From contig OX597815.1 of NCBI GenBank assembly GCA_951406725.2, positions 85,312,001 through 85,376,000 of the forward strand: DNA of 64,000 bases, read 5' to 3'. The notes under the pieces were generated by a model. That model saw only the letters and a list, made by a program, of their open reading frames with translations, did no database searches and was not told the DNA's origin. The DNA is from Octopus vulgaris. Lineage: Eukaryota. A program made the translations under genes and the position numbers. Of the stretch, positions 1 through 55,704 are shown in pieces; positions within the stretch are counted from its first letter, which is position 1, and each line of letters opens with the position of its first letter.

Positions 1-701
1 TGAATTAGATTCATTTTTTCAGATATTTGAAATTAACTAATTTATATGCAAAGTTCAATGGTTTTATGTTCATGTGTTTCCTGAAGGAATTAGTAATGGG
101 AAATGAAATAGTATAACTCTTACTATTGCTACTTTTAATGATTTCTTTTCCAAGACTCATTTTTTAGGAATAAGAATTAATTTTCTCAATCTCTTACATA
201 TATGTCAGTATTACATATTGGTTATTATTCACCAAAATCTTTCCACCACATTATTAACTCTTAAACACAGCTATAATTATAATTTTTCAGTTAGAAGTAA
301 AGTTGTAGGTCTTCAATTAATTTTTTTGTTTTCTATAGTAAAGCATTCTCTCAAACAGTTTAAATAAAATTGTTCTGGCTAATAAATTAACTTCAACTTT
401 TGATTTGAATACCAGAATTCTAGTATTTCAGCAGTTTTATTAGCCTATATCTCTGTAATGATTCACTTAAAAAGGTATGAATCCACTGAGCTTTTAAAAA
501 AAGAAATAAGTTGTTTTACTCCCAGGCATTTGAATTGCAAGCAAAGCAGTTCCAGATGAATGATTGTAAGGAGTCGTGATGTTAGTTATACAAGTGTACA
601 AAATATTAGTATCTTGAAGTTACTATGGATACATTAATGGAATTGGATTGAACCAGCGAAATTGTAATTGCTTCAAAACTAACTTTCTTTTCATATTTCA
701 G

Positions 702-42324
<41,623 letters not shown>

Positions 42325-45307
42325 AACCAGCCAAAATCTCCCTTTATATGAGATTTTATATGTTTATTTACTTTGCTATTTTTTACATAGGCCAATTACT
42401 AACCTAAACGAATGTTTAAAATAATAGTTTTCATTAGCTTATATTTTTTCTCAAAGGCATCTATTATTAACAGCTTTTTTATAGTATTTTCTTATGTAAA
42501 AAATAATTAAGGAATCACTGTTTTTCTCACATGTGTATGTGTGAGATATATATATATATAATGATTAGTTCCTTGCTGAAAATTGATTTGTAATAAGGAA
42601 TTAATATGATGATACTTTTTAGTAGGAATATATGGGGAAATATTAATGTATTAACATAATGTTAATGTATTAACATTAAATCATTTTAAGTTTGCAATGA
42701 CTTACCTGTTCCAAGGTTACTCAAACGGTGTTCTTGTCAAAATTCAAGATAAACAATAATGAAAATCATGGAATAATAGAAATTAGTAAAATATAATTAA
42801 CAAAATATTGATATTCAAATTCTTTTTGCATATTAGTCAGCTGATTATATTCCCTTCTGCTTATAAAAATAAATTTTTAAAAATGGACTTTTGTGCCTTA
42901 AAAAATACCAAATGTTGGGGGAAAAAAATAATTGATTGAAATAATGTATCAATTACTGGAATATTTGCTTGGTTCCATTAAGTTTAGAAAGCCTCTTGAA
43001 TGTTATAAAAATAAAGCAGAAATATTTTGTCATACATTTTAGTTGGCTTGATATTCTTACTTGACAAGGGTTGTGAAATCAATGCCATTTCTAGGGATCC
43101 TCGCTCGTACAACAAATATGAAATCAGTTTTAGTCATAATAATAATAATAGAACAACAGTTTTACGAAGTGCAAAACATTTAACCTGAATTTTTTTCTTT
43201 TTTTTTATATAATCAACCTTAGGTTTTAAATATCTATATACTATGACTTTAAGGTTCAAATAAAATCTCAATACATATAATGCAGTGCCCCCACCCCACC
43301 TCTTTATGTTATTTTCCTCTGTTATGTGAGACATATTAACCATTTGCTAACATCATCTTTAGATTATATTTTCCGTAATCAGAAGGTCACAGTTTTCATT
43401 ACTCTCTAACATAACTCTTTACATGAATTTATTTTGTTTTTGATAAATTGTTATGTGTATACAAAAGAAACATTATTTTTCTCATGTTGTCACTTGTATA
43501 AACTCAAGTTTGTTCTTGTTAACTGATATTTTCAATAAACTACAACATATCGAAAAATAAAAGGTGTTACATTTTTGTGGTTCTTTCACTGCATTTCCTA
43601 GTTGTAATAATCTTAGTTATAGAAATAAAATGATTTAAGGGATAAGTCAGTTTTTAAAAGGTTTCATTTACTATTTCTAAATTCACTAAGTCAGGACTGA
43701 TTCACTTCTAAATTGTTTCATATTTGATTATATTTAGTTGTTGTCCTTTGGATGTGATAAAAGTTACTTGATGAATTTATTGCAAAACCTCTAATTTTTG
43801 TAGGAGCTACCTTATATGGATGAATAAGGACAAGCTCCTAAATTGATGAGAAATACATACTTACTATCTTTGTGTGTGTGAGAGCAAAAAAATGTACTCT
43901 GTGTACAATTGGCACACCATATGAAACTTAAGTAACCCTTTTATTTCTTGAGTACCGTATAAAAACTATTGTGTGTGTTATCATTTAATGCCCATTTTCC
44001 ATGCTGGCATGAGTTGGATAGCTTGACAGAAGGTGGCAAGGCCAGGAGGTGCACCAGTCTGTTTTTGCTTTAGGTGGATGCACTTCCTAAGGCCCACCAC
44101 TTTCCAGGGTGTACTGGGTGCTTTTTAAGCAGCACCAGCTCACACACACATACACACAGTACATACTGTGGTGAAAGAAAGTGCAAACTGCCATAAAAAA
44201 TCATGGCTGGAAGAAAGAAACAAATTAATGGAGATGGGAACTTTACAAACTATATCATATGCAACCTATCTAGAAGAGTAGTAACTCTGAATAAGAATTG
44301 ATATAGAGTAGAGGGGACTCTTCAGTATTGCTGCAGATAGACTCTCAAATGTCAGTGGCACAAAATTACTAAACCATGCTGTTAAGTGTATGAAATACTT
44401 CAAGGTTTATCCAATAAACTCAAGCCTAGAAAAATGACTGTTATATAAAAATTATTATATGTACATTTGTATGTACATAATCAGCTATAAGATTGAAAAT
44501 CTAGATATTTATGAAATGTCTAAGTTTTTAAGATATTTTCCAGAAAAAGGTCTTTTTAGTCTCAGTAACTAAATTTCTTTTTATTTATTTCTTTATTAAA
44601 ATAATGGCTTGACTTCCCTCAAAATTAAGAAAATATCTTTAAATGTTTTGACAGACATTTCACTCCACTGAAATACTTCAAGTAACTGACTGAAAGACAA
44701 AACAAATTAGATGTCTCTCAAACATAGTAGAAATAACTTTGTGTATGAGATAGTATATAATTCAATCTACTGTTTTGTGAATAGATTATTAGTGGCTTAC
44801 ATATTTCTAGATTAAAACACAAAACAACATTGACTGAATTATGAAGTTTTCCAAGTGGGTGAACCATCAATTCTTAACCATCATCATCATTTAGTATCCG
44901 TTGTCCATCTGTTATACATATATAAACACACACGCATAGTTGCCCCATAGAATCAATTCCTTCCCATCTAAATGTATATAGAACCCCTAGCACAGTTCAT
45001 TTTCAGTACACCCAATTGAGCATTCCAGCTAATGTTGTGTTGTAAGTTGACATTTCTCATTCAGCATAACTTTGCCATTGCTTATAAATTCTTGTTGATA
45101 GCATCACTTGCAGCTCTTTCTATAATTTCTAATAAACTACTACTTATGCCTCAATATTCAGCTTAATTTTATTATTGCTTACAAATTCTTGCTAATAGAA
45201 TTGCCTGCAGCTATTTTTAATTTTTAATGATTTCTAATAAATTATTTCATATGCCTCAATTTTTATGGGTTTTTCCCCATTATTATCCCTAATTTTACCT
45301 TGCATGA

Positions 45308-45341
<34 letters not shown>

Positions 45342-46252
45342 TTTAAATACTTACGCTTAAAATGCTTTAAAGAAAATGTTTGCTTGTCTTTTAACTTCAT
45401 TTATACAGGTGTATTTTTATAATGTAAATTGATATTAATTTCTGCTTTATTTCTTTGCTTAGGCATGCTGCATTTTGTTTTAAGATTACTAATGCTGACT
45501 TATCCTTAAAAGGAAAACAAAAAGATGCACATTCATCCTTCTTTTCTTTGCTGTCTTTTAGCTTTATGATTTCATCAGTTTTGTAACATTTACTTCAGTA
45601 ATGTTTGTTTGTTTTATATTAATAGAGATAATTCCAGTAATTTTGCAAGCTTTTGATCAGTTTTGAAATGTTTAGTAATGAATTTGTTACTATTTGAATA
45701 ATCATTGCAAACTGACTGGAATTATAACTTACCTTTCAGTTTATTTATATTATAATTCAAGTGAATGTGTCTGATGCTAGATTGACTTAGCTATGTTGCA
45801 TGCATCTCTTACCTAATTCAAAAGTTATAACATAACAAATTACCCATTCTTTAAAGATATATTTATATCTTGTAGTAAGTCTATCGCTAGAGCTTCTTAT
45901 TTCTAATCATTGTGAAGTTGTGATGATAGCTGTGAGGAAGTTTGCCTAGGATAAGAGTGAAGGGAATATGCTATTAAGCAGATATTATTAGTAATTTCTT
46001 TACAGAACATCATTGATAAATAACTTCAGTGGTATATATATATATATATATATATATACCAAGAAAGTTAGGGGTTGTGGATCCAACCCACTAAGGGATA
46101 ATACTTATCCAATATACTGTTGGTATAATACCCAATTATTAATACACAAGTGTTTTTAATTGCAATACAATAAACTTACTTATTGTATTAAATGGGTGAA
46201 GGTAAAGAGATATTTTACCATTAATTTATATTGCAAATAAGAAAATGGAGAA

Positions 46253-46548
46253 GCACATTAGTTGGTTCATCAACTTTTGGACTTTAAAATGTTGACTTAT
46301 TTATTTATCAAAATGACAACCATAATAATATACATACATATAGTATATTATTCAATGCATATAAGATAAGAATACAAGCAGTTATCAAATTAATAATTTA
46401 TATTCATGTTTTTTAATAACTGCTTGTATTCTTATCTTATATGCATTGAATAATATACTATATGTATGTATATTATTATGGTTGTCGTTTTGATAAATAA
46501 ATAAGTCAACATTTGAATGTCCTAAAGTTGATGAACCAACTAATGTGC
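46253..46548. repeat. Long inverted repeat: 133-bp arms, 30-nt spacer
   Basis: 46253-46385 is the reverse complement of 46416-46548 with 4 mismatches counted by eye. Confidence 0.95.
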
Positions 46549-48849
46549 ATGTCTTTTGCTAACACCTCAGTATTAAACTAGTAATATGCTCACTGTTCAA
46601 ATCTTCAAAAATTTTTTTAGATTATATGAAACAACTTGGATTTTACAAATCTAGGAGACATAAAGATTATACAGATTCTTGTACCACTCAGGTTCCATTA
46701 AACAATTATGTAACACTTTATAGCTACATACAATTAATAGCCATAGTTTTGATTTCTCATTTGGGAACACCTTCAGTTTTGTGATGCTATATTTTATTTT
46801 CTTGCTGAAATCTTGAGATTAGCATGAATGTCAAAAATTCCAATTTTCTCTATCACCTATAACTCTGAAGCTTTGTGTTAATGTAAAGAAATTTACATCT
46901 TATACAGAGATTGCCTTCTTCATTGATGTAATTCCACCAGATTCTCACAAGAAATGAAGAAAGCAATTCGTTTCTACAGATTTTTACTTTTTCTGGTCTG
47001 TTAGAATTCATGAAAAACATGTCTAGATTCTTCACTTAATATGAATTACTATAGATCTTTTCAAATTCCTCTTATTCATAGCTATATCTTCAATACAAGC
47101 ATGGTCTTTGCTTTTAGTTTTCCTGTTTACTCAGGCTTACTGATAAATCTAGAAAATAAAAAGTTTTCATTAAAATCCACCACATCAAGATGTGCTAAAC
47201 TTACAAACACTGTTTTAAAAAAACATATTAAGCTGAACTATATAATTCAAGTTAGTGATATACAAAATTTTTATCTAACTCATTATGTAAGCAAAACTTG
47301 TTTATTATTCTTATTTTATATATCCATTGTCTGGAAATCTTTCATCACACACCTGTGACCTCTTCAGTGACACTCCATCCCATGTATCTCCTCCAGTTTT
47401 AATGTTGCAATGCAATTATGATGTATGTGTTGTTGACTGTGAAACAGTTGCTAGCTAAAGTGTTGAGTTATCAGTGTAGTAAGTCAAAACAACTAGTGAC
47501 AAGAAGGCCTGGTGCTAATAGAATTTGAGGTTTTGATTTCTGAGGTCATTAATTACCTTTTCTATCAAAATTGGACAAAAAGACCTAATCTGCATACTAA
47601 GAGCTATTATAACATACATGCATCCAATAGCATTTCCATTGATAAAATATACAAGGTAGATTTCTTAAAATTAACTTAGACTTGCTGTTATTTATTTATT
47701 GCTTTAGGATGGACAGGTTTTAGATTATATACTCAGATATATTCTTGACTGGTGGAAATCTCTGGATATAAGTAATCCTAATTAAAATTACTCAGTTGCA
47801 ACTGCTTGAATCTTGCATTATTTTAAACCTTAGTAATTGTAAAAAATAGTAAAGACACCCTTTTGGATGGTTTTTTTTTCTGCTTTTTTGCTTAAAGCTT
47901 TATATTTGCTGCTTTATTCTACTTGTTTTTCTTTGTATTAAAACTGCATGTCATTTAAGTGTATGTGTTTTATATTTCATTTTATCTCATTCCTTTTACT
48001 GTTTTAAATGTTGTATTACTAAAATCTCTTATCTTTTAATAAATAACTTTATAATAAATTTTGTAATTCTATAAATTGATAAAAAAAAAATTGAGATTAG
48101 CTGAAATGACAAGAGAATGCAAATGGAATTTCAAAGTTAAAAGGAAAGATGTCAACAGGCTATGCTTTATTCTTTGAATAATTGATCATTCTTTATGGAT
48201 ACTTAAAAAATCACAACAATAATAATAATGATAATCTTAATAATGATGATGATAATCTCAAGATTTCTGACATGGTTTTATAAATCAAAAAGAGGGGAAA
48301 ATGTGTGTGTGCATGATGAATTTATCTAACTGTATTATCATTACATTAACTTCTCATTTTATTTTTCTCAACACAGGGAGCAATTGTGCATCGCATTATT
48401 GGATCGCTGAATATGAAAGATGATTGATATCAAGACAGTGCAGTCTTTTGTGACACTAAAAGTCATGAAGTTTACAAAGTTTCCAAATACATACCCAATA
48501 AGATATTTTCGCTTATTTTTAGAATATAGTGAGACTTACATTTTCTTTTATCAACACCTCTTCCCAAGACATTTAATACCATTTGGAATGTTGTACAAAC
48601 ATTTATTAAGGGGTTTTAAAACTGAGCTATTAATAAAATTTAACCTTAATATTTGAATAATTTCAAAAATTAGAAATCCAAAACAATGTTTTTCAACAAC
48701 AAAGCAGCTTTATGTAGTTGTAGCTTATCAACAAACCTGGATGAAGTAATTTTTTATCTGTCTACACATCTATAAATGTCTAATAGATCTTGTAAATAAT
48801 TAATCACTATTACCTATACTTATCTGAAGACTCAGAAAGCCTTTCTGTA

Positions 48850-49060
48850 TATAAAACCAGTCTGGTTAATTATTTCTATTTGTGCATCATTAAAATTGAG
48901 TTTATGTGTCTGTCTATTGTTGTCTTTCTTAATTTCTTTCATGTTAATTAATTTTGTATTGCTTTTCCATATTTTTCATTCTTTTTTTTTTACCTAATTT
49001 GATTTGGTGCATCTTGGAGTTTAGCTCTTATAGCCTTTTACTATTTTGTCAATAAAAAAA
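48850..49060 (-). pseudogene. Degenerate duplicate of the NOP16 last exon plus flanks
   Basis: Colinear similarity to 55650-55910 (tattgcttttccatattttt, taatttgatttggtg.atcttg, tatttgt.catcatt.a..attgag); in-frame TAA codons, frameshifts, and acceptor AG changed to AC. Confidence 0.8.
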
Positions 49061-50757
49061 GAATCAAGTTTAATTTCTGGAACAAAAAAGTATTAAATAA
49101 CAACTAAAGTATGACACCATATGGTACCTGTCTTATTTGATTGGGCTTTGTAGTTGTACAAGGCACAATATTAGTTCCAGGATATGTTTACTACTTAATC
49201 TAACAGAGTGAAGAGCCTCTGGTAGATGAGATTCTCATTCAATTTTAAGAATGCAACATGACTTGACAGTATGGATATGAACTTCCCAGACAATGCCATT
49301 CTCTTTCAATTTGATTGTTTCTTGTTGGATGATAATGTGTGATCTTATAAGATGCCTCTGCTTGACTAGTTAGATAAATTTTCATGAGATGAAGTTTAAG
49401 CATCTAATGACAGTTGTGGATGTCATATTTCAGGGAATAGCAATGAGGAATATTCATGAACAGTAAAAATGTTCTTATATGAGATCAAAGAGGAACTTTA
49501 AAGTCAATACTCAATCTTACCATTAGTCATTTGGGTGTGGTCACTTCTGAAATGCTGGTATGATCTCTACACAAGTACAACATGCTCAATAGACATACTA
49601 GATGTCCTCAGTATTGAAAGGTTGAACAAAGTGAAGCATACAATACTAGGATGACAATGTCTTTTATGGATATCAATGAAAATCATCAATATTGATGCAA
49701 GTTCGATCTGCCATTGTTGTATTCCTACATATGTCAAACATGACTGCGACAGATTACTGGTCAGTAGAAATTATAAAGTGATGACTCAACATTGAATCTA
49801 CTTTCTCACTATTTCAATTATTGTAGATGCATCTGTTTTCAACAGTTAGAAAATGGATCTCACAAAAACAAACGTCTTCACCTTAAAACTGATCCACTTC
49901 GTTTCAAGCAGCAGACACAATGACAACAGTGACATTACACTAAAAAATAGTGTTAGAATCAATGACAAAGAGCATTCTCTCCATATTTCTTCAAAAATAG
50001 CAAAAGGTACAAATGCTTCCTAGTTGAGAAGAAAAGTAAATCTGTAGAGATGAATCACTTTATCAGAAAATTCTTTGGTACACTTAGTGTAATAAGTGAA
50101 CATGTCAAACTCATATTGCATCTAACTTGTAGATAGTGACAGTTCTAGAAGTGGCTTCAGCATTCAGGCTCCAACTTAATTTGTACATTTCTCAAGTTGG
50201 GAGCCAAGAACAACTGAAGTTGTAACAGATTCAGATTCATTAAAAAAATCAACTTCCTCTTTTTAGCAGTGAATAGAAAATGTGGATCTTTTCTGTTTTT
50301 TAATGTTTAGTGGAAATTTTAAAATTTGGTGTGGAAATTTTAATGTTTAGTGAAAATTTTAAAATTTGGTGTATTGATGTAATTTTCCATGCTGAATCTC
50401 AGGAGCTAATTCAATTTTTCCAGAATTTTTTTTTAAAAAGTTACATAGGTTTAAAGTTTGAAAATTTTTACCATCAGAAAATTGGATTTGGAAGCTGTCA
50501 TTTTGTGCGTGACTGCATGTGTTGTCAAATGTAAACAAATGAAATATTGGCGGAATTCTACTTTACACACACCATATAAACCCTCATAACTTTTTTATTT
50601 TGGAGAATTTTCAGAAAATATTTGCAAATTTGTTTTCTACATATGGGAATTCATACAATTATGTAATAAAAAAAATCTGGTGCATGATTTAAGGCCTGTT
50701 CAGCTATTATTTTTAGCACATCTCAAGACTGCCTCATACCTCATGTGTTTTAAGCAT

Positions 50758-53700
50758 TTATCATCGTTTAACGTCCGTTTTCCATGCTGGCATGGGCTGG
50801 ATGGTTTGACTGAGTGGCTGCACCAGGCTCCAATCTGATCTGGCGATGTTTCTACAGCTGGATGCCCTTGCTACCACCAACCACAACAAGAGTGTTGTGG
50901 GTGCTTTTTACATGCCACTGGCACAGGAGCCAGTCAGGTGGGCCTGGCATCAATCATGTTTGGACAGTGCTTTTTATGTGCCATTGGCATGGGGGCCAGT
51001 CAGGAAGTCCTGACATTGGCCACATTTGGATGGTGCTTTTTACGTGCCACCAGCACAAGAGCCAGTCAAGGTTTACCAGCATCAGCCACGTTTAGATAGT
51101 GCTTTTTATGTACCACTGGCACAGGAGCCAGTCAGTGGGTACTGGCATCAGCCACGTTAGGATAGTGCTTTTTACATGCCACAAGCATGGGGGCCAGTCA
51201 GGCAGTCCTGGCGTCGATCACTTTTGGATGGTACTTTTTACGTGCCACCAGCGCAAGAGCCAGTAAGGGGGCACTGGCCACAGCTACAATATTGGTTTTA
51301 CTTGACTCAACAGGTCTTCTCAAACATATATCGCTCAATGCATCAGGGGTACTCTTAACTGGGCTGCGATCTCACTTTAGTTGCCAAGTCTTATTTCTAT
51401 AAAATAAGCAGATTTAAAAGCATCCAGTTCACACTGTGAAGTGGTTGGTGTTTGGAATGACATCCAGCCATGCAAACCATGCCAACAAGCCTCACTGGTG
51501 CTGGTGCCATATCAAAAGTACCCAGTCCACACTGTAAAGTGGTTGACATAAGGAAGAGCATTCAGCCATAAAAACTGTATTAAAATTGATAGTGGAGCCT
51601 AGTGCAGTCCTCTGGCTAGCTAGCTCCTATGAACCCATCCAACCCATGCCAGTCTGGAAAATGGATGTTAAATGATGAAGAAGCAGATTATTCTCAACAT
51701 AATTACTTTTTGTACATATCGCTTTAACAGCCACCTTTCTACGCTTACATTGGCTGGAGTTTATTGAAGCAGGTTTTCTACAGCCAGAGGCTCTTCCTGC
51801 TGTTAATCCTCACCTGTTTTCCATCAATGTAATATTTCTCCTTGGTCAAACATGTTTTTGAAGAATATTGGAAATAGATTACACTGTTTGTATGACTGAC
51901 CCTCATTTTACAACTATCACACTATGTAAAGACAAGGAGACAAACATAATCACACACACATATGTATGTACATATATACATACCTTTGTTGGTAACAAAG
52001 GGCCTCTCCCTCAGAGTGAAAGTCAGATTGTATGATGCCTGTGTGAAAACAGCCATGCTACATGGCAGTGAAACATGGGATGTGACTGCAGAGAACATGT
52101 GAAGGCTTGAAAGAAGCTAGTATGTTACACTGGATGTGCAACAGTGTAAGCATCTTGTGAGAAAAATTGGGTGTAAGAGGCATCAGATGTGATGTGCAAG
52201 AGAGATGACTGCACTGGCATGGTTATGTGATGCATATGGTCGGGGACAGCTGTGGAAGAGGTAGACATGGGATGAGGTGGTAAAGCTTGATCTTTGATTG
52301 TTGGGTCTTAAAGAAGTGATGATGCATGAGTGGAACCTTTGGCAATTTGCTGTGCTTGAGAAGACATATAAAGTCAAGTGAAATTGTAGTCGTGGCCAGT
52401 GACATGTGAAAGCACTCATGCCAGTCACACGTAAAAGGAATCTTCTGCACTCTTGAAGTGGTTGGCATCCAGCTGTAGAAACCATGCCAAATCAGACTGG
52501 AACCTGGTACAGCTCACCAGGTTACCAGTTCCAATCAAACTAACTCATGGAAAGCAAATGTTAAATGATGATATATATATATGCCTGGCTTCTTTCAGTC
52601 TCCATCTTCCAGATACACTTACAAAGCTTTGTTTGACCCAGAGCTATAGTAGAAGATACTCACCCAAGGTGCCATGCAGTCTCTAGCCAACCATGGATTT
52701 GGTACCTTCTGATATTAAGATGTCAATATTTCTATAATCATAACATCATGTCTAGAAAATGCAATATATTTTACAGCAATGAAATAGTTTTGAATAATTG
52801 TAGTGCACCAAAAACAATACAAGGCATCATCCATTTCCCCAAGTCGGCAAGGGGTTTGGACAGGTCTACTCCAGTACAGTTTCGCTGTTGTGGTCCCTCA
52901 TGAATCACATATCTGTGCTGTTGTAGTCAACTCTATGGCCAATTCTTTTGATGCCCATTTTTTTTCCCTCTTGGATCACCTCACTGTGCTCTGTCATTCA
53001 TGTATACTGACATTATGCACCCTGCAGAACAAGCTCGCCTCATTTCTATCCAGCTCTTCATTCAACAATCATATTGTTGTAATATGCTGTACATTTTACA
53101 CAAATGTCATGCAATCTGCCCTTCACTCAGTGAGAAGCAACCTTTGTTGTCAACAGAATAGTTACCTGAACTTTTTTAAACCCCTCTGCATTTACTCTGA
53201 ATGCAATCACCTCCACAGCTGGTAACTTGTTAACTACAGCTGATCATATGAAGTCCTATCGACTTGCCTGTATCACACTACTTCTATAGGTTGCATTGAG
53301 TACACAATATCCATTTCTTACCGACTCATTTTCAACATAGTAAGCAAGACAACCACCCAGATGGTAGTCAAGTTTTCTTTCTTACTAATTAAAACTTTCA
53401 TCTCTGCTTGGTTGACTTTAAGCCTCTTGATTCTCAAACTTGGTGCCATCTTTGAAGCATTTCCTTTGATGACTAGCATCCATGCTAGTGGAGTGTTAAA
53501 AGCACCAGCCGAGCATGATTGTTGCCAGAGCAACTAACTGGCTTCCGTGCCGGTGGCACATAAAAAGCACCATTTGAGCGTGATCGTTACCAGCGTCACC
53601 TTACTGGTACTTGTGCCAGTGGCCCATGAAAAAACATTCGAGCAAGGTCGTTGCCAGTGCTGCTGGACTGGCTCCTGTGCAGTGGCATGTAAAAAAACAC

Positions 53701-55400
53701 CATTTGAGCACAGCCATTGCCAGTACCGTCTGACTAGCCCTCATGCCGGTGGCATGTAAAAGCACCCACTACACTCTTGGAGTGGTTGGCATTAGGAAGA
53801 GCATCCAGCTATAGAAACTCTGCCAGATCAGACTGGAGCCTGGTGCAGCCATCTGGTTCGCCAGTCCTCAGTCAAATCGTCCAACCTATGATAGCATGGA
53901 AAGCGGATGTTAAACGATGATGATGATGATAACTAAGTTGTTGGCATAGAGGAATTCTCATGGACAAGAGAGGACCTGAGAATCAAACATTGATTGACAA
54001 CTACATGCACAAGCTAAACAGGGAAGCCTCTAAGTGGTTGCTTAACCTACAAGAAAATGTATCCAAATCTCCCCCTACTGTACAAAGTAAGGCAGAATAC
54101 ATCAATGTAGTTTTCAATAAACTCTGAAAAGAAGACTGAACAGTCATGGCTGATTAACTGTCACTCAGCTGACAACACCTTTGTACATGGCTTACACAAC
54201 TCTCATAAGCCCAGTTTTCTTAACAGCCATGAGTCTACAGAGCAAGGTATCATGTCAAAATCCTTTTCCCAGTCAAAAAATGCAAGACAAAGTGGCTTGC
54301 TCTAAGAGAAATAATTATTGATCTTAGCTAAGAGAATGTCAGTAATACCTCATTGTGCATTAACTCTCTCTCTCACTGCTTCAATTTGATCTATCAACTT
54401 GATGCATCTTTCTAATACAAAATTGTCTGGTATTTTTGTCTGCACACCTACAAATTGTTTTAATGTTTACTTTTCCATGTTTGCATGGGTCAGTCTTCTA
54501 GAGCCAGATGCCCTTCCAATTGCCAACCCATGTTATCAAGTGAGGTAACAAGCTCCTAGTCTATCAATCAACAAACAGCACAGACATGTTTACATGGAAA
54601 ACTAGAAACACCACCAGATGAATGAGCCTTTCATTTACAAATATCAAACAAAATCAAGAAGCCCAGTTGTACTTTCATGATGGACTGCAAATAACATCAC
54701 TAGCAAAAGCTATTATTTACAATCTGCAAATGAACACATGTAAACAAGGAAATGCAAAATCACTCACATCCAACAATCCTACCACACACACAACAGGCTT
54801 CTTCTGTCAAGGCTTTGGTTGGAACAGGGCCATAGAAGACACTTGTCCAAGATACCATGCAAGAGAACAAATCTCTGAAAGATTTTATAGTTAATCATTA
54901 ACACTTAGAAAAATCTCAAGACTGAAAAAGCCTTTCTGTAAATGTGCCGGTGGCACATAAAAAGCACCAACCGATCGTGGCCGATGCCAGACCCCTCTGG
55001 CACCTGTGCAGGTGGCACGTAAAAAGCACCCACTACACTCGCGGAGTGGTTGGCGTTAGGAAGGGCATCCAGCTGTAGAAACACTGCCAGATCAGACTGG
55101 AGCCTGGAGCAGCCCCAGGCTCCCCAGACCCCGGTCAAACCGTCCAACCCGTGCTAGCGCGGAAAACGGACTTTAAACGATGCTGATGATGAATTAGGCA
55201 TATTATATATAGACCTCACCAGTGCTGGTGCCACGTAAAAAGCACCCAGTCCACTCTGACAGGTGGTTGGCATTAAGAAGGGCATCCAACCATAAAAACC
55301 ATCTAAAAACACAGTAAAGCCTGAGTGCAGTCCTCTGGCTTGTCAGCTCCTGTTGAACCAACTGTAGCCAGCATTGAAAGCAGACATTAAATGATGTTGA
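50758..55400. mobile_element. Cluster of RTE-type LINE 3' fragments and derived repeats in both orientations
   Basis: 51985-52570(+) and ~52800-53420(-) carry degenerate RTE ORF ends (RLYDACV..AMLHGSETW). The shared 3' module AAAAGCACCC...AGGAAGGGCATCCAGC...CCATGCCAGCATGGAAA...(GAT)n recurs here and at 4260-4553, 6245-6455, 43975-44140, 57100-57220 and 59390-59520. Confidence 0.75.
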
Positions 55401-55704
55401 TATATTTAGGAGGAGGGATTCCTAATATATATTTATACACACAATGAACTTTCAGTTTCTATAACTAAATTTACTCAGAAATGCGATAGTTGACCTGGGA
55501 TATATAAGGTACTTGCCCAAAAGTGTGACCGAACCTGGAACCACATCATTGGGAAGCAAGCTTCTTAACCACACAACCAAGATCAAATAAAATTTTTTAT
55601 AACAGGTGCTCCAGCATAGACACAGCCAATGACTGAAATTAGCAAAAGAATATAATAAATAAAACTAGCCAGAGCAATTATTACTTTTTTTATTTGTACA
55701 TCAT

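Noticed and set aside
50900-51280. Regularly spaced ~60-bp repeats (gtgctttttacgtgccac..gcac..gagccagtca) resembling a CRISPR array; similar at 53545-53770
   Set aside because: Eukaryotic context, no cas genes, and the spacers are similar to each other; these are internal tandem units of the RTE-associated repeat.
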